Shown here one piece after another: positions 12,031 to 23,660 of a stretch of 64,000 nucleotides of DNA. Source of the stretch: Octopus sinensis (lineage: Eukaryota); assembly GCF_006345805.1 (NCBI RefSeq), contig NC_043014.1, forward strand, positions 22,754,001-22,818,000, given 5' to 3'. Positions within the stretch are counted from its first letter, which is position 1. Each line of letters starts with the position of its first letter. Under the pieces are notes generated by a model. The model saw only the letters and a list, made by a program, of their open reading frames with translations. It did no database searches and was not told where the DNA came from. Made by a program: the position numbers and the translations under genes.

Positions 12031-12254
12031 ATATATTATATATATATATATGTATGTATGTATATATATGTATGTATGTATATATATGTATGTATGTAAA
12101 TATATGTATGTATGTATATATATGTATGTATGTATATATATGTATGTATGTAAATATATGTATGTGTGTATATATATGTGTGCATGTATGTATGTATATA
12201 TATATATATGCATATGTATGTATGTATACATATGTATATATATATTCTTTTATT

Positions 12255-12750
12255 CAATTATTTGTTTCAGTCATTTGACTGTGGCCATGCTGGAGCACCA
12301 CCTTTAGTTGAACTAATCGACCCCAGAATTTATTCTTTGTAAGCCTTGTACTTATTCTATTGCTCTCTTTTGTTTACGGGGACGTAAACACACTAACATC
12401 AGTTGTCAAGCGAATGTGGGGGAACAAACACAGACACACAAATACATACATTCATTTATTTGTTTCAGTCATTTGACTGCAGCTATGCTGGAGCACCGCC
12501 TTTAGTCAAACAAATCGACCCCAAGACTAACTGTCAAGCGATGGTGGGGAGACAAACACAGACACACAAACATAAACATATATATATATATAAGACGAAT
12601 CTCTTTCAGTTTCCCTCTACCAAATCCACAAAGCTTTGGTTGGCCTGAGGTTATAGTAGAAGACACTTACCCGAGGTGCCACGCAATGGGACTGAACCCA
12701 GAATCATGTGGTTGGGAAGCAAGCTTCTTACCACACAACCACTCTTGCGT
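12255..12750 (-). mobile_element. tRNA-derived SINE with a CORE-like block, partly duplicated
   Basis: Minus strand reads GAGTGGTTGTGTGGTAAGAAGCTTGC...TGGGTTCAGTCCC (A/B-box-like head), then GGCACCTCGGGTAAGTGTCTTC, a central microsatellite and an AATGACTGAAAC end. Confidence 0.8.
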
Positions 12751-12770
12751 CTACTATATACATATATGTA

Positions 12771-12825
<55 letters not shown>

Positions 12826-12828
12826 ACT

Positions 12829-13144
12829 TGGGTATGAATAAGTATTTCATTTATATCTCACGTATGTGCCGCTGAAGAGGGAAAATTTCTTGTGAATTAA
12901 CCCCGAAATTGGACCAATACGGTAATAACGAATTTTTTAGAGATTTCTATCGGTTTGTTTCGAGACGCATAAATTTAATGGTTATTGACAATTTTTTTGT
13001 TTTCGGCATATCTGGCATTAGAATTTTTCTTCTGCCCTTATCTTGTAAATTATGTATAAATTTTACCTTTAAAGGCATTTTTTGATATGCTGGCCATTGA
13101 TAACATTTTTTTCCCGAAAAAAATTTTATCCTATATCAATTATA
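12829..13144 (+). repeat. Direct repeat copy 1 (~316 bp) carrying a hammerhead ribozyme motif
   Basis: Near-identical to 14945-15264. The whole structure is bounded by (TA)n on both sides. Confidence 0.9.
12868..12922 (+). ncRNA. Type I hammerhead ribozyme motif
   Basis: CCG (stem I), CTGAAGA, GGG...CCC(C) (stem II), GAAA, TTGG-A-CCAA (stem III), TA, CGG (stem I). All conserved core positions are present. Confidence 0.8.
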
Positions 13145-13208
13145 AATAGACTAGTGTTCACTTTTGGATTCTATCACTCTGTGAAAGTTTCTTGTTCGAA
13201 TCACACGT

Positions 13209-14820
13209 GTTTGCTGTAAGTTGCTGATTGTTTATTGTTGAACGTTTTTGTTATACTGTTTTTGGTTGTTGTCTGTCGGTGGTGAGACAGACAGTGAGAA
13301 AATGGACTGCCCCTCCCTAACGGGAGGGATGGCCAGACAGAGGTTGTTTGAAAGTTTATCAGAATTGTCGACTTCCGAAGAGGAACTGGAAAGGGCAGTG
13401 AGGAAAATGGATGAGGGGCTTGGTAGTACGTGTGCAGGAGTGATGAGTAGGTAGGGAGAGGAGGAGGTAGACTGGTCAAGTTGCCGGGCTTTCAGGAATT
13501 TATAGAAGGAGAGGGCGGCGAAGCCGAATTGTCGCCACCAACAAGGCGTGGTGAGTGGTTCGATCGCAGGACCGTCAAGTACTGAGTATATGCAAACGGA
13601 AACAAAAGAATGGAAGTAGTCAGCATGGAATTTATTGAAGAAGCGTTGAAAAGAACGGAGGAAGAAATTATTTATTTGACAAGAGGCATGGAATTCGGCA
13701 CGGTGATGGTTCAATTTAGGAGCGAAAACGTAGCAAGAAAAATGGCAGCCAAAGCAGTGAAAGCGGATAAGGTATTCCTTCTACCCTCATATTTGAACAG
13801 GAAAGCCACTCGAATCAGGGTGGAGGGAGTGCCCCCACATTTGGAAGGCGAATGGATGGCGGCAGCGGTAATCAAGGGATGTGAAGAAGAGGTGGACATC
13901 CTCCATGCTACCATGAAATATGAAGGCTGGAGGGGTGCTACAATAGATATGAACGTGCAAGCGGAGGCTGAAACGCTGGAAAGGCTAACTGAAAACATAA
14001 GAATGGGAAATATCATCATGAGAGTGTGGGTGGAGGGCAGAGCCCCGCGCTGTTACAAGTGTGGCCTGAGAGGTCACATAAGAGCTAACTGCCCTCCCCC
14101 ACCAAAGGAAATTGTTATGGAACCCCAAAGAGAGGAAGAGACTAAGGAAGAAGAACGGAATCCAGTGGAGAAGGAAACAACAAAAGAGGAGGTCCAGAAC
14201 GAATGGGAAGAAGAAAGGAAAAAAAGAAAGAGAAGAAGGAGAAAATTAAACAGTACTGAACCCCAATCCACCCCAACACCGCCCACACCCTCTTAATACC
14301 ATCCTTCCCCTGCAGACAGTGAACCCACCCACTCCCCACCAACAAGAAAACAGAAAAAAGATGCACACAGACAAGACACCAAACAAGAACCTAGGCCCAA
14401 CATTTTATGCATCGCGGGGAGAGAGGACATAAAAGAGATCATAAGTGACTATCAATGGTGTGAGAAAGAAAGTTGTAGATATGCAGTGGTTCCAAAAGAA
14501 CAAATAGATGAGCTTAAGGAGGGATGTGAAAATGAAGACTGGGAAATAAGTAAAGTGAAAATAAAGGATGAGATAGTGAAGGAATTAAAAGAGAGATTCA
14601 AGAGAAAAATAGAGAGCGAAGGGTTTTACATTGGGAATGATATCGGATGTCAAGTCACGAAGGACAGGTAAGTGATGCTAGCGGAATGGGGCCGTTAGCA
14701 TCACTTTCATCTATCATTTTCATAATGCATTTACCCATATTTATGTAATTGTGATGTTTTGTGTCCCCAATGTTTGTACTGTCCATTCTATCTTGCCCTT
14801 TATGGGTAATAAAGGAAAAA
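13209..14820 (+). mobile_element. RT-less, ORF1-only (half-L1-like) non-LTR element of probable Tx1/L1 affinity
   Basis: Flanked by a 39-bp duplication (13170-13208 and 14821-14859, one mismatch). Ends ...GGGTAATAAAGGAAAAA. Contains only a zinc-knuckle ORF. Confidence 0.7.
13610..14296 (+). CDS. ORF1/gag-like protein with CCHC zinc knuckle; the frame continues past one TAA to 14671
   Basis: RVWVEGRAPRCYKCGLRGHIRANCPPP fits CX2CX4HX4C and follows a TRIRVEGVPP segment. The 14486-14671 ORF is in the same frame with one intervening stop. Confidence 0.7.
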   Translation: MEVVSMEFIEEALKRTEEEIIYLTRGMEFGTVMVQFRSENVARKMAAKAVKADKVFLLPSYLNRKATRIRVEGVPPHLEGEWMAAAVIKGCEEEVDILHATMKYEGWRGATIDMNVQAEAETLERLTENIRMGNIIMRVWVEGRAPRCYKCGLRGHIRANCPPPPKEIVMEPQREEETKEEERNPVEKETTKEEVQNEWEEERKKRKRRRRKLNSTEPQSTPTPPTPS

Positions 14821-14944
14821 TCTATCACTCTGTGAAAGTTTCTAGTTCGAATCACACGTTTCTCGAGGTGCGCCGAAGATTTTTCTATTTTGGATATATT
14901 TGGGGTACTTACGTCTGCTCGGGACTTGGTGCTTGCTTCTTCCG

Positions 14945-15256
14945 TGGGTATGAATAAGTATTTCATTTATATCTCGCGTATGTGCTGCTGAAGAGGGGAA
15001 AATTTCTTGTGAATTAACCCCGAAATTGGACCAATATGGTAATAACAAATTTTTTAGAGATTTCTATCGGTTTGTTTCAAGACGCATAAATTTAATGGTT
15101 ATCGACAATTTTTTGTTTTCGGCGTATCTGGCATTAGAATTATTCTTCTGTCCTTATCTTGTAAATTATGTATAAATTTTACCTTTAAAGGCATTTTTTG
15201 ATATGCTGGCCATTGATAAAAAAAATTTTTTGCCGAAAAATTTTTTATCCTATATC

Positions 15257-15264
<8 letters not shown>
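14945..15264 (+). repeat. Direct repeat copy 2 (~316 bp) carrying a hammerhead ribozyme motif
   Basis: Aligns to 12829-13144. Confidence 0.9.
14984..15040 (+). ncRNA. Type I hammerhead ribozyme motif, stem I weakened
   Basis: GCTG, CTGAAGA, GGGG...CCCC, GAAA, TTGGACCAA, TA, TGGT. Two C>T changes relative to copy 1 turn stem I pairs into G-U wobbles. Confidence 0.65.
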
Positions 15265-15308
<44 letters not shown>

Positions 15309-15312
15309 GTAA

Positions 15313-15984
15313 CAATTTAGGTTAGTTGAAATATGTCACATATTTTGAACTGCAGTTACTGTGGAGAAAAAAATCTCTCTTATGGTAAAAAGGTTGAAAA
15401 CACCTAGTTCGTTCAGTTTCGTCATCTCTTGGGAATCTCTTGGGAAACATTGATGTTTCGAGTTTATTGAATCTCGTCAATGAAATGTTCCTAAGAGAGG
15501 CAACCTGAAACGAACTAAATAAAGCATGAAGCTTGATATATAATTCAGTCAACACGTTGACTGATCTGTGCTGGGAGATTGCCCAATCGAGATAAATAAG
15601 TAAGTAATGGTGCAAGGCAGTGTTTATGCATAATCACAATTTAGGTTTATTATATGTAAATACTGCCTTGCGCCATTACTTCGTCATTTATCTCGATCGG
15701 TCGATCTCCTAGCACAGATTAGTCAATGTGTTAACTGAATTATATATCAAGCTACATGCTTTATTTAGTTCGTTCCGGGTTGCCTCTCTTAGATACATCT
15801 CATCGACAAGAGTCAATAAACTCGAAACATCAATGTTTGAGAACCCCGAGAGATGGCGACATTGAACGAACTAGGTGTTATCACACCTTTTTATAATAAG
15901 AGAGATTTTTCTCCACAGTAACTGCAGTGTATTTGCCTTTAGCACTTGAAATATGTCACAAACATATTTCAACTAACCTAAATT
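15313..15984. mobile_element. Foldback/MITE-like element, ~290-bp imperfect inverted arms
   Basis: Outer AATTTAGGTTAGTTGAAATATGT pairs with ACATATTTCAACTAACCTAAATT. Inner arms ~15350-15620 and ~15660-15930 are reverse complements. Confidence 0.8.
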
Positions 15985-16079
15985 AAGTTTATACGTAAAC
16001 ACTGTTTTGCGGCATTTGTGTGTGTGTGTGTGTGTGTAGATGTATATATATATATATATGTATATATATATGTGTGTGA

Positions 16080-16118
<39 letters not shown>

Positions 16119-16119
<1 letters not shown>

Positions 16120-19100
16120 GCAAGAAGTTGAGGTTATAAGAGATAATGGTGTCATTGAGACCCAAAGGTGTCAGGTAATGCTGAATAAGTGCTAGAGACA
16201 GACCATAGTTAAGTTCCAGATTCGAACCACTGCAAATTTATGAGGAAATTGCAATTGGATGACCGAACGGAACCATATTGCTCTGCATCTCCACACTTTA
16301 ATCTTAAGGATCACAAGAAGGACTTTATCACCAAACCTTCAATTCACTTAATATGCCCCACCAAATCCTACCTAGATTGCGTAAGCAAAAGCACTTTGGA
16401 CAAAGTAGTACCTATCGTCAAAGATAAATTAAACGGTAACCTTTGGTCCGACACTGGTGAAGTGATTATATGGTTCCATCTTCTAAATAACAAATTCGCA
16501 TATTCATTTTTACAATTTGATATAAACAACTATTACTCTTCTATTTCTCCTAAACTACTTAATCAAGCTCTTCTTCTTGCTAGGAACTTTATTAACCTAA
16601 CCCCACTAGAAATTAACATTATACTTAATGTCTGCAATACCCTTATTTCTTTTGAAAGCAAACTATGGTGCTGGGCCAATAACCATAGCATCAACCATAA
16701 CAACCTATTCGACATAACCATGGTATCCTAGGATTCAGCTCAGGTCACTGACTTAGTTGGACTTTATATACTACACCAGCTCCACAGGCACTTCCCTAAT
16801 ATCAAGGGAGGCCTATATAGGGATGACGCTTTACTAATTACTAAAAGCATAAATAAATCCTCCTTAGAAAGAACTAGATAGGATCTACATAAATTCTTTT
16901 CTAACCTAAATCTATCTATCACATTCGAAAACGCCCACAAAACTGCTAACTTTCTGGATGCAACCCTGAACTTATCAACATCCCAATACTTCCCTTACCA
17001 CAAACCTAACCAATACCTTAAATACCTTAACATCCATTCCAATCCCCACAAATCCACTTTTAATAATGTAATTAAGGGAATCTCAACCTGCATATCTGGC
17101 CCCTCTTCCACTGAGGAAATCTTCAATAATCACGCACCATATTATAATCAAGTACTCGCTGCTAGCAGCTTCTCCCATCAAATAGAATACATCCATAACA
17201 CCAGGCTCAAACAATACATGTCTCAAATCACATCTCAAACACGCAACAACCATCACAACTGCAACCAAACATACACAGTTGATGAGACCATGGAAGCCAT
17301 TGCACCCAGATAATGTAGACCCCATACACATTCGTTTAACACTAGGTCAAAAACTAAAACAACTAACAATAACAAGCCCTGCTTACGACACACCTTACAC
17401 AGAAAGATAGATAACACTCATTTATCGAACAACTTAGATAGTGCTATTCCCAGACCGCTCTATTTTATGGTACACACCACCATTTTCCCTTAACGTTAAG
17501 AACTTAGCTAAATCCTTCTTTAGAATACTAGACTCTAACTTCCCTCGGCAACACAAATATCATTCTATCTTTAATCGATCCACCCTGAAACTATCTTATT
17601 CTAACTCACCTAACTTTGAATCTATTGTAGCAGCCTCAAATAAGTAAAAGCTCTCTCTTTACTATCAAAACTCACATAACTACAATTCTACTAATACAAA
17701 TAATCAACACACATATCCAGCATAGATACCCTTACATTTGGACACAACCACAACCCAACCCATTCTACTGACACTGCCCGGAACACCACCACAATAGCAG
17801 AAGTAACAGTAACGACAAATAGCAGAAGTAACAGTAACAATAGTAGTAGTGGCGGTGTTGGTACTGATAACGTTAGTGATGATGATGATAATGATGATGA
17901 TATAGACATTTTCACCCCCTTCTATAACCTCTCTTCTGATGATACTACCTCCTCTGTTACCAAACACGGTCCTCAAAGTTCACCTAATTGTAGTTTCCGT
18001 CCTGGAACAACCTGCCTGTTACAAACCCATCGCAGAAGATATAATGTAATCTACAAATGCACGGTCCTTAACCTATTACACAACTCTACAGCCATATACA
18101 TAGGATCAACAAAACATTTTAAACAACAATATGCCACTCATCTCCACTCTTTAAGACACGATAAACATAGTAAATCTACAACACTCGCCAACCACATACA
18201 TCATCTCAAAAATGCAAATAAACCCTATACTCTATCATGGTCCATACTGAACTCAGGACTTCCCTACCGAGGTCAACGCTCAATCTGCGAGCTTTGCCTG
18301 AAGGAGGCACTCCAAATATTAAAGCTCAACTCTCCAACACTGCTTAATAAACATAACGAGGCACTTAGCACATGCAACCACCGCTTTTATCACACATTTA
18401 AATTCTACCACAAATCCAAATGCCAGAATGACCATACAGTACATTTCTGCAATACTCCTTAGGTAATTCCAATAACCTATAAATTTACACTCTAACTCAT
18501 AATCCCTATCTAGTTTCTCACACATACAACCATCCGATTATATTTGTATGTATGTGCACACACCCATGCGCGTGTATATATATATGTACGAGTGAGGGTA
18601 TGCGTATATGCATGCATGTGGTTATATGTAAACATACGTACATATGCAAGGTACATATACCTGCATATGCAGGGGCAATGATACATGCAGATGAGCGTAT
18701 AAGTGAGCGTGTATGAGTGCATACGCATACGAATAAGGATTGTATATGTAACTTATCTGTTATATACATGTATATACATCTTCACATATATTTTCTCAGA
18801 TTACTAAGCACTGAACTGCTATTTCCTTAATTCTTCATATCTTTGCTCCACAATTAGACTCCACTACTACACATTGGTCATTCCTTTATCTCTTAACCCC
18901 CCATTCCTCTATCTTTTACACTATAATACCTTTCTCTCTCTCTCCTTTCTCTTTCGTTTTTTCTTTCTCTCCTCTTTTTTTCTCTTTATTTCATTCCTCT
19001 CTTCCTGTTTTCAATTTAACCATACTATTTCGAGGTCATTTTAAATACAAACCTTTGACTCTGCAACACTGTATATGAATTCCCTACTGGGAATGACCAA

Positions 19101-19482
19101 GTTTAAAAATCTACTGGATCTCACTCATAGGGAAATCTTACATTGCTTATAAACTCTATATTTGGAAAAACTCATATTAAACTCTGTTGAACTTTTGGAT
19201 TTTACTCAAAGGATATTGAATATTGCATATATACCATTATGCCTATAAAACGGATTTACAACTTCAATACCCATACATATCTTACATCTATTTTCTTTCC
19301 TCCACCTCACTCTCTATTTTGTATCACAACTAAACTAACTATGACTTAATTTTCCTCTCACACCGTCTCCGATGAAGGGATATTATTAATTAATATTCTA
19401 GAAACAGCTGTAAGACCTTCTATCTATAAATGCTCTAATATCTATACAGCCTTGGGTTTTTTATCTTATTACGCAAACAATT

Positions 19483-19485
<3 letters not shown>
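16119..19485 (+). mobile_element. Penelope-like retroelement (RT + C-terminal GIY-YIG), degenerate, flanked by (TA)n
   Basis: RT motifs LKDHKKDF, FDINNYYSSI, FDITMVS*DSAQVTDLVGLYIL and GLYRDDALL. GIY-YIG motifs NVIYKC...YIGST...CELCLKE at ~18040-18330. A hammerhead motif lies in the 3' region. Naiad-clade affinity is inference from the YRDD motif. Confidence 0.88.
19365..19416 (+). ncRNA. Minimal type I hammerhead motif with palindromic stem III and variant core
   Basis: GTCT, CCGATGA, AGGGATATT...AATATTCT (stem II), A, GAAA, CAGCTG, TA, AGAC. The core has C in place of the canonical U4. Confidence 0.65.
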
Positions 19486-19555
<70 letters not shown>

Positions 19556-19556
<1 letters not shown>

Positions 19557-21029
19557 TAGCAGATATACTCTGTTTTGCCTGGGTTAAAGAGAATAATGAA
19601 ACTTAAAAACACCGTCTAGATTATGCAGGTCTCAACTGCTAACAACTGAGATACCAACTTTCTACATTAATAACTCTCTAACCCATGCAAGCATGGAACA
19701 GAGACATTAAGTGAAATATTAAAAGAAAGTTTTCCACTCATATATGTATATAAAGTAAATACACATAATTCAAAAACGTTTTGTGTATCTTATTTCGTAA
19801 CCAAAAGAACAGGTACAGATTATAAACAATGAAAGGCCAATTTTGGTGAATCATTGTAATAGAGAGCCAATCCAATGATAAATCTGACCTTGGATCTTGA
19901 AAGTTTGCATGAATCCTGGCTCAGTTAAATCTCTTGTGGCTCCAAATGATGTCATCTGTAGTGCAGCGTTGTATTGTTTAATTTTGTTTTTGGAAGTGCT
20001 TGGAATCTTGGTCAGTTGATGACAAAATGACTCTGGAGGTTGGGGGATTACAGGGAATTTAACCTTTCCACCACTGCAGCACAGTGCAGGTGTCTCTCCA
20101 GGTCACTTCCTTTGCTTCTCAGTATGCTTCTGTGCACTCAGTAGTCATTGCACCAATGGAAACTCTAGTGTCATCTTCATAATGAACTGCTGGATCATAA
20201 TTGAAAGCTGCTTCATAGAAGCTGCTTCTCTGGGCTGTTGCAACTGCTCTTCATTCTGCAGTGGAGATCCTGTTCCTTGTCAGCCGTGCATACCTCTGTT
20301 CATCACTTCGAGATGCTCTGGCTTTTGTAGTGCACAGTCTGTTCATTTCTTGGTATAATTCCCTTTCTGCAGCTGTCTCTGTTTCCCTGGACAAAGACAT
20401 TCTTTTGGCTGACCTTGACATTACAGACAAGTTTGACATTTTCGTTCTAGGCATGGTTATATACATATACAGAAATACACGGGTACAGAAGATAGTATAC
20501 AATGAAAATAACTGGGTAATGGAAATTATATTTCTCAATACAACAGGCAAAAAGTAAATAAGAAATTTTTACAGAAAATAAAGAATTGTACAGGTTGAAG
20601 CGAAATTTGTCACTTAATGAACCAAAGAGCCAGTATCAAAGGAACCAGAAAAGTAAATAAGAAATTTGTAGGTAAATTTAACAAAGTGTACGGATTGAAG
20701 TGAAATTTATGAAGTTATTTCTAACAGTAAATTATGTCTGAAATTCCATCAGTAATTGTGAACTTCTTTCTGTCAGTAATTTGTCATTGTTGTTTGTAAA
20801 TAGCGATTGAAAACTTACAGTGAAAACAATAGCAATTGAAGTTAAAGTGAAAACAATACAAGTGAGTGAGATATAGATAGAGGGGGAGAGAGTGATAGCT
20901 AGTTAGACAAATAAGATAGATATAGATAAATAACATATAGTCAGATGAATACAGAGAAATATAGAGATAGAGAGATATAGAGAGATAGAGATATGCGTGA
21001 AAAGCAACACAACTCTTTTATATATTAGA
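19556..21029 (-). mobile_element. Internally deleted Helitron with a Rep/Hel N-terminal remnant
   Basis: Minus-strand ends A^TC (21029) and CTAG^T (19556). Remnant reads AFNYDPAVHYEDD...IGAMTTEC..., MTSFG and QGQIYHWIGSLL at ~19860-20460. Confidence 0.8.
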
Positions 21030-21261
21030 TGAGATTGTGATAATTTTTTGCCCAATGGATGAGACAATCAATTTCTGAAAGTTAGTTGGCAAAGAGTTAT
21101 CTCTCTTCTCCAAGTAACCCAGAAACGGGTATTTTCTGCCCCCAGGGGACCTGTTACTCATTATGTGAAAAATTTCAAGAGTCTAAAACTATCTCTGGAA
21201 CATAAGTAATGTATATTCCCAGTTTGGAGAAAATCAGTTGAAAAATACGGCCTTTATAATC

Positions 21262-21310
<49 letters not shown>

Positions 21311-21350
21311 ATATTATAGATATAGATAGACATGGGTTTGTGTGTGTGTG

Positions 21351-21389
<39 letters not shown>

Positions 21390-21398
21390 TTATATATA

Positions 21399-21682
21399 CA
21401 GGGGTTTGACAAAACATCTAGCATCATAGCATCATAATTTTTAAATATCTATAAAACCGTCAAAAGCTTGTTTAATTTTATGTTTTTTTTTATTTATTAT
21501 TAGCATTGCTTAATATGTTTTGCTAAATCTGCTGTTTCTTAGAAAAAGGTAATTAAAATAACAGGTCTATCGGACTTTCAAAAAGTTCAAATTGTTGGTG
21601 CTCGTATGGCAGGCGCTAGCGCAATAAAAACAGCTGAAATGTTTGGTGTATCGAGAAGTACTGTCTTGAAAGTGATGACAGC
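21399..21682 (+). mobile_element. Tc1-like transposon left end with transposase N-terminal HTH
   Basis: TA|CAGGGGTTTGACAA terminus, then LSDFQKVQIVGARMAGASAIKTAEMFGVSRSTVLKVMT. Confidence 0.75.
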
Positions 21683-22740
21683 GACGTGCTGAATATCTTC
21701 AGGTGAGAAGCCCTCATAGTCCTGGCCACACTCTGGCCACTCCTTTTAGCCCTTGGGATTGTTCATCCAGTGGACAGGCAGCAGGTTTTTATTCTTATTT
21801 TTGAAAACCCTTGCATTCACAGACTTATAGATAAATCCTGGTTTCATCATGAAGCCAGCAGCATTGTCACATGTAATTGGCATCACTCTGTCCTTCTGTG
21901 CCTTAAATCCTGGGACTCTGATCCGTCCTTCATGATGTACATTCTTGAAGGCATCTCCATTCAGAACACATTGAAAACCTGTTCAACTTGTATCCCTTGT
22001 CCTTGATGATCTGCCTGAAGGTTTCGAGGTACTTCTTAGTGGCTTCTTTGTCGGCTGATGCTGTCTCTCCATGCAGGGAAACACACTTTATTTAAAACCG
22101 TTTCTGGAAATGGTCAAACCATCCCTTGCTGGTTTGAAAATCTTCATGCTCCAGTGCTGTCAATGGTCTTGGTTGCAGTTTTTTTGGTGCCTTCTGCTCC
22201 GTCTCCTCTGTTGAACTGCTGGTATAAATTCTGTGCCTTCTCGCAGATGATGATACCACTCAAGCGGATGTTTTCTTTCTTGCAGTCACTGATCCACAAT
22301 GCCATGGCAGATTTTATCCTGATGAAGTGCTTATTTTTCATTATCGTTACCTTTTTGGCAGTTTCACAGGAACTTACTGCTACGATAGTCCTGATCTCCA
22401 CCTCATTCTTCTTTATGTAGCGTATGGTGCTTTCATTGACAACAATATAGCTACCTACTGCAGCATAACTTTTACCTTCCCGGAACATGTCCAGCAGTTG
22501 TGGCTTCTCATGGAGTGTCATAACATTTTTCTGGCTCTTAGGCTCACTGCCAAAAGCCTTAGAAGGTGTAAGGCATTTAGGCAGCATCTTAGGGCTTCAA
22601 TAACACACTTCTAAAAACACAGCACTCAACAAAATACTAGAGACAGCTACTGGATGCAGGTTTTCCAAAAGAAAACCTACAAAAAATCTTCGTTGCGTCT
22701 AATATGCGAATACCACCAATGGAAAATTGAGCAGAGATTA
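21683..22740 (-). mobile_element. Tigger/pogo-family transposase remnant
   Basis: ORF 22144-22587 resembles CENP-B HTH domains (MTLHEK.QLLDM..EGKSYAAVG...VNESTIRYIKKNE...ALWI.DC). It continues into a SKGWFDHF motif and degenerate DDE_1 sequence. Confidence 0.85.
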
Positions 22741-23164
22741 AAAATAATCATGGTTTTGAAATATGTTCTTTGTATTACCACTAGATACAGTAATCTATAA
22801 TATAATAATAAGAGAAGGAGAGAGAGGAGTGGAGACCAACAAGTAACCTGATTTCAATGAGGCTATATTGGCTCACGACCTTAAAAATTATCCTGTTGAA
22901 ATAAACAATGTATATGATCAAATGTAGCAAAGTTTTTGAAACAGCGTGTATGTGTGAAATATAGACAGATGTCACTATATTAATTAGCAAGCTTTGATTG
23001 AAAGCAGAAATAAGAGATACAAGATACAGTGCACTTGTATCTAAAACAAAATCAAACAATGTGATGAACGGCTATTCTAATCAGAGGGACCTTCAGCTGA
23101 CTTAGGCTCTGGAATTGAAATTCCTTGTGGACCAGTGTACCCTGTAAGTTTCATATTCAGTTTT

Positions 23165-23660
23165 GGATGCTGTTAGCACAGAGCTTGGAATTTTTCAGCA
23201 TTAAACTGCATGTTATTATCCCCAGCCCATCTGTAAATTGAGTCCAACTCCTGCTGCAGGTGTGCAACATCACTGGGGTTCTGTATTTTCTGTGAGACTT
23301 TCGTATCATCTGCATAGCTTGTAAGGGTGGCTATCCGGGCATTTGAGGGCATATTTGAGAGGGCCACTATAAAAAGCAGTGGTCCCAAGACAGTGCCCTG
23401 TGGAACACCGCTCACTATTTGTGTGTTCATAGAGGTGGCTCCATTAGCCACTACTGCCTGACTCCTATCTTTCAGGAAGTCATGTAACCACACTCCAAGT
23501 TTTCCAGCTATGCCAAGGTCATATAGTTTGTGGTATATCATACCATGATCCACATTGTCAAAAGCTTTTGCAAAATCAAGGTATATTACGTCCACTTTGA
23601 TTTGTTGAGCCTCAACACCCAGTCGTAATGTTGTAAGAGCTGGGTCAGGCAGCTCCTATA
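23165..23660 (-). mobile_element. CR1-clade LINE RT fragment
   Basis: VDVIYLDFAKAFDNVDH...SGVPQGTVLGPLLF...YADDTKV...WAGDNNMQFNAEKFQ. Confidence 0.9.

Noticed and set aside
12829-15264. LTR retrotransposon (LTR-gag-LTR)
   Set aside because: No pol or integrase, and no TG…CA termini or TSD at the outer ends. The ORF segment has its own A-rich end and 39-bp duplication, which favours a nested non-LTR insertion.
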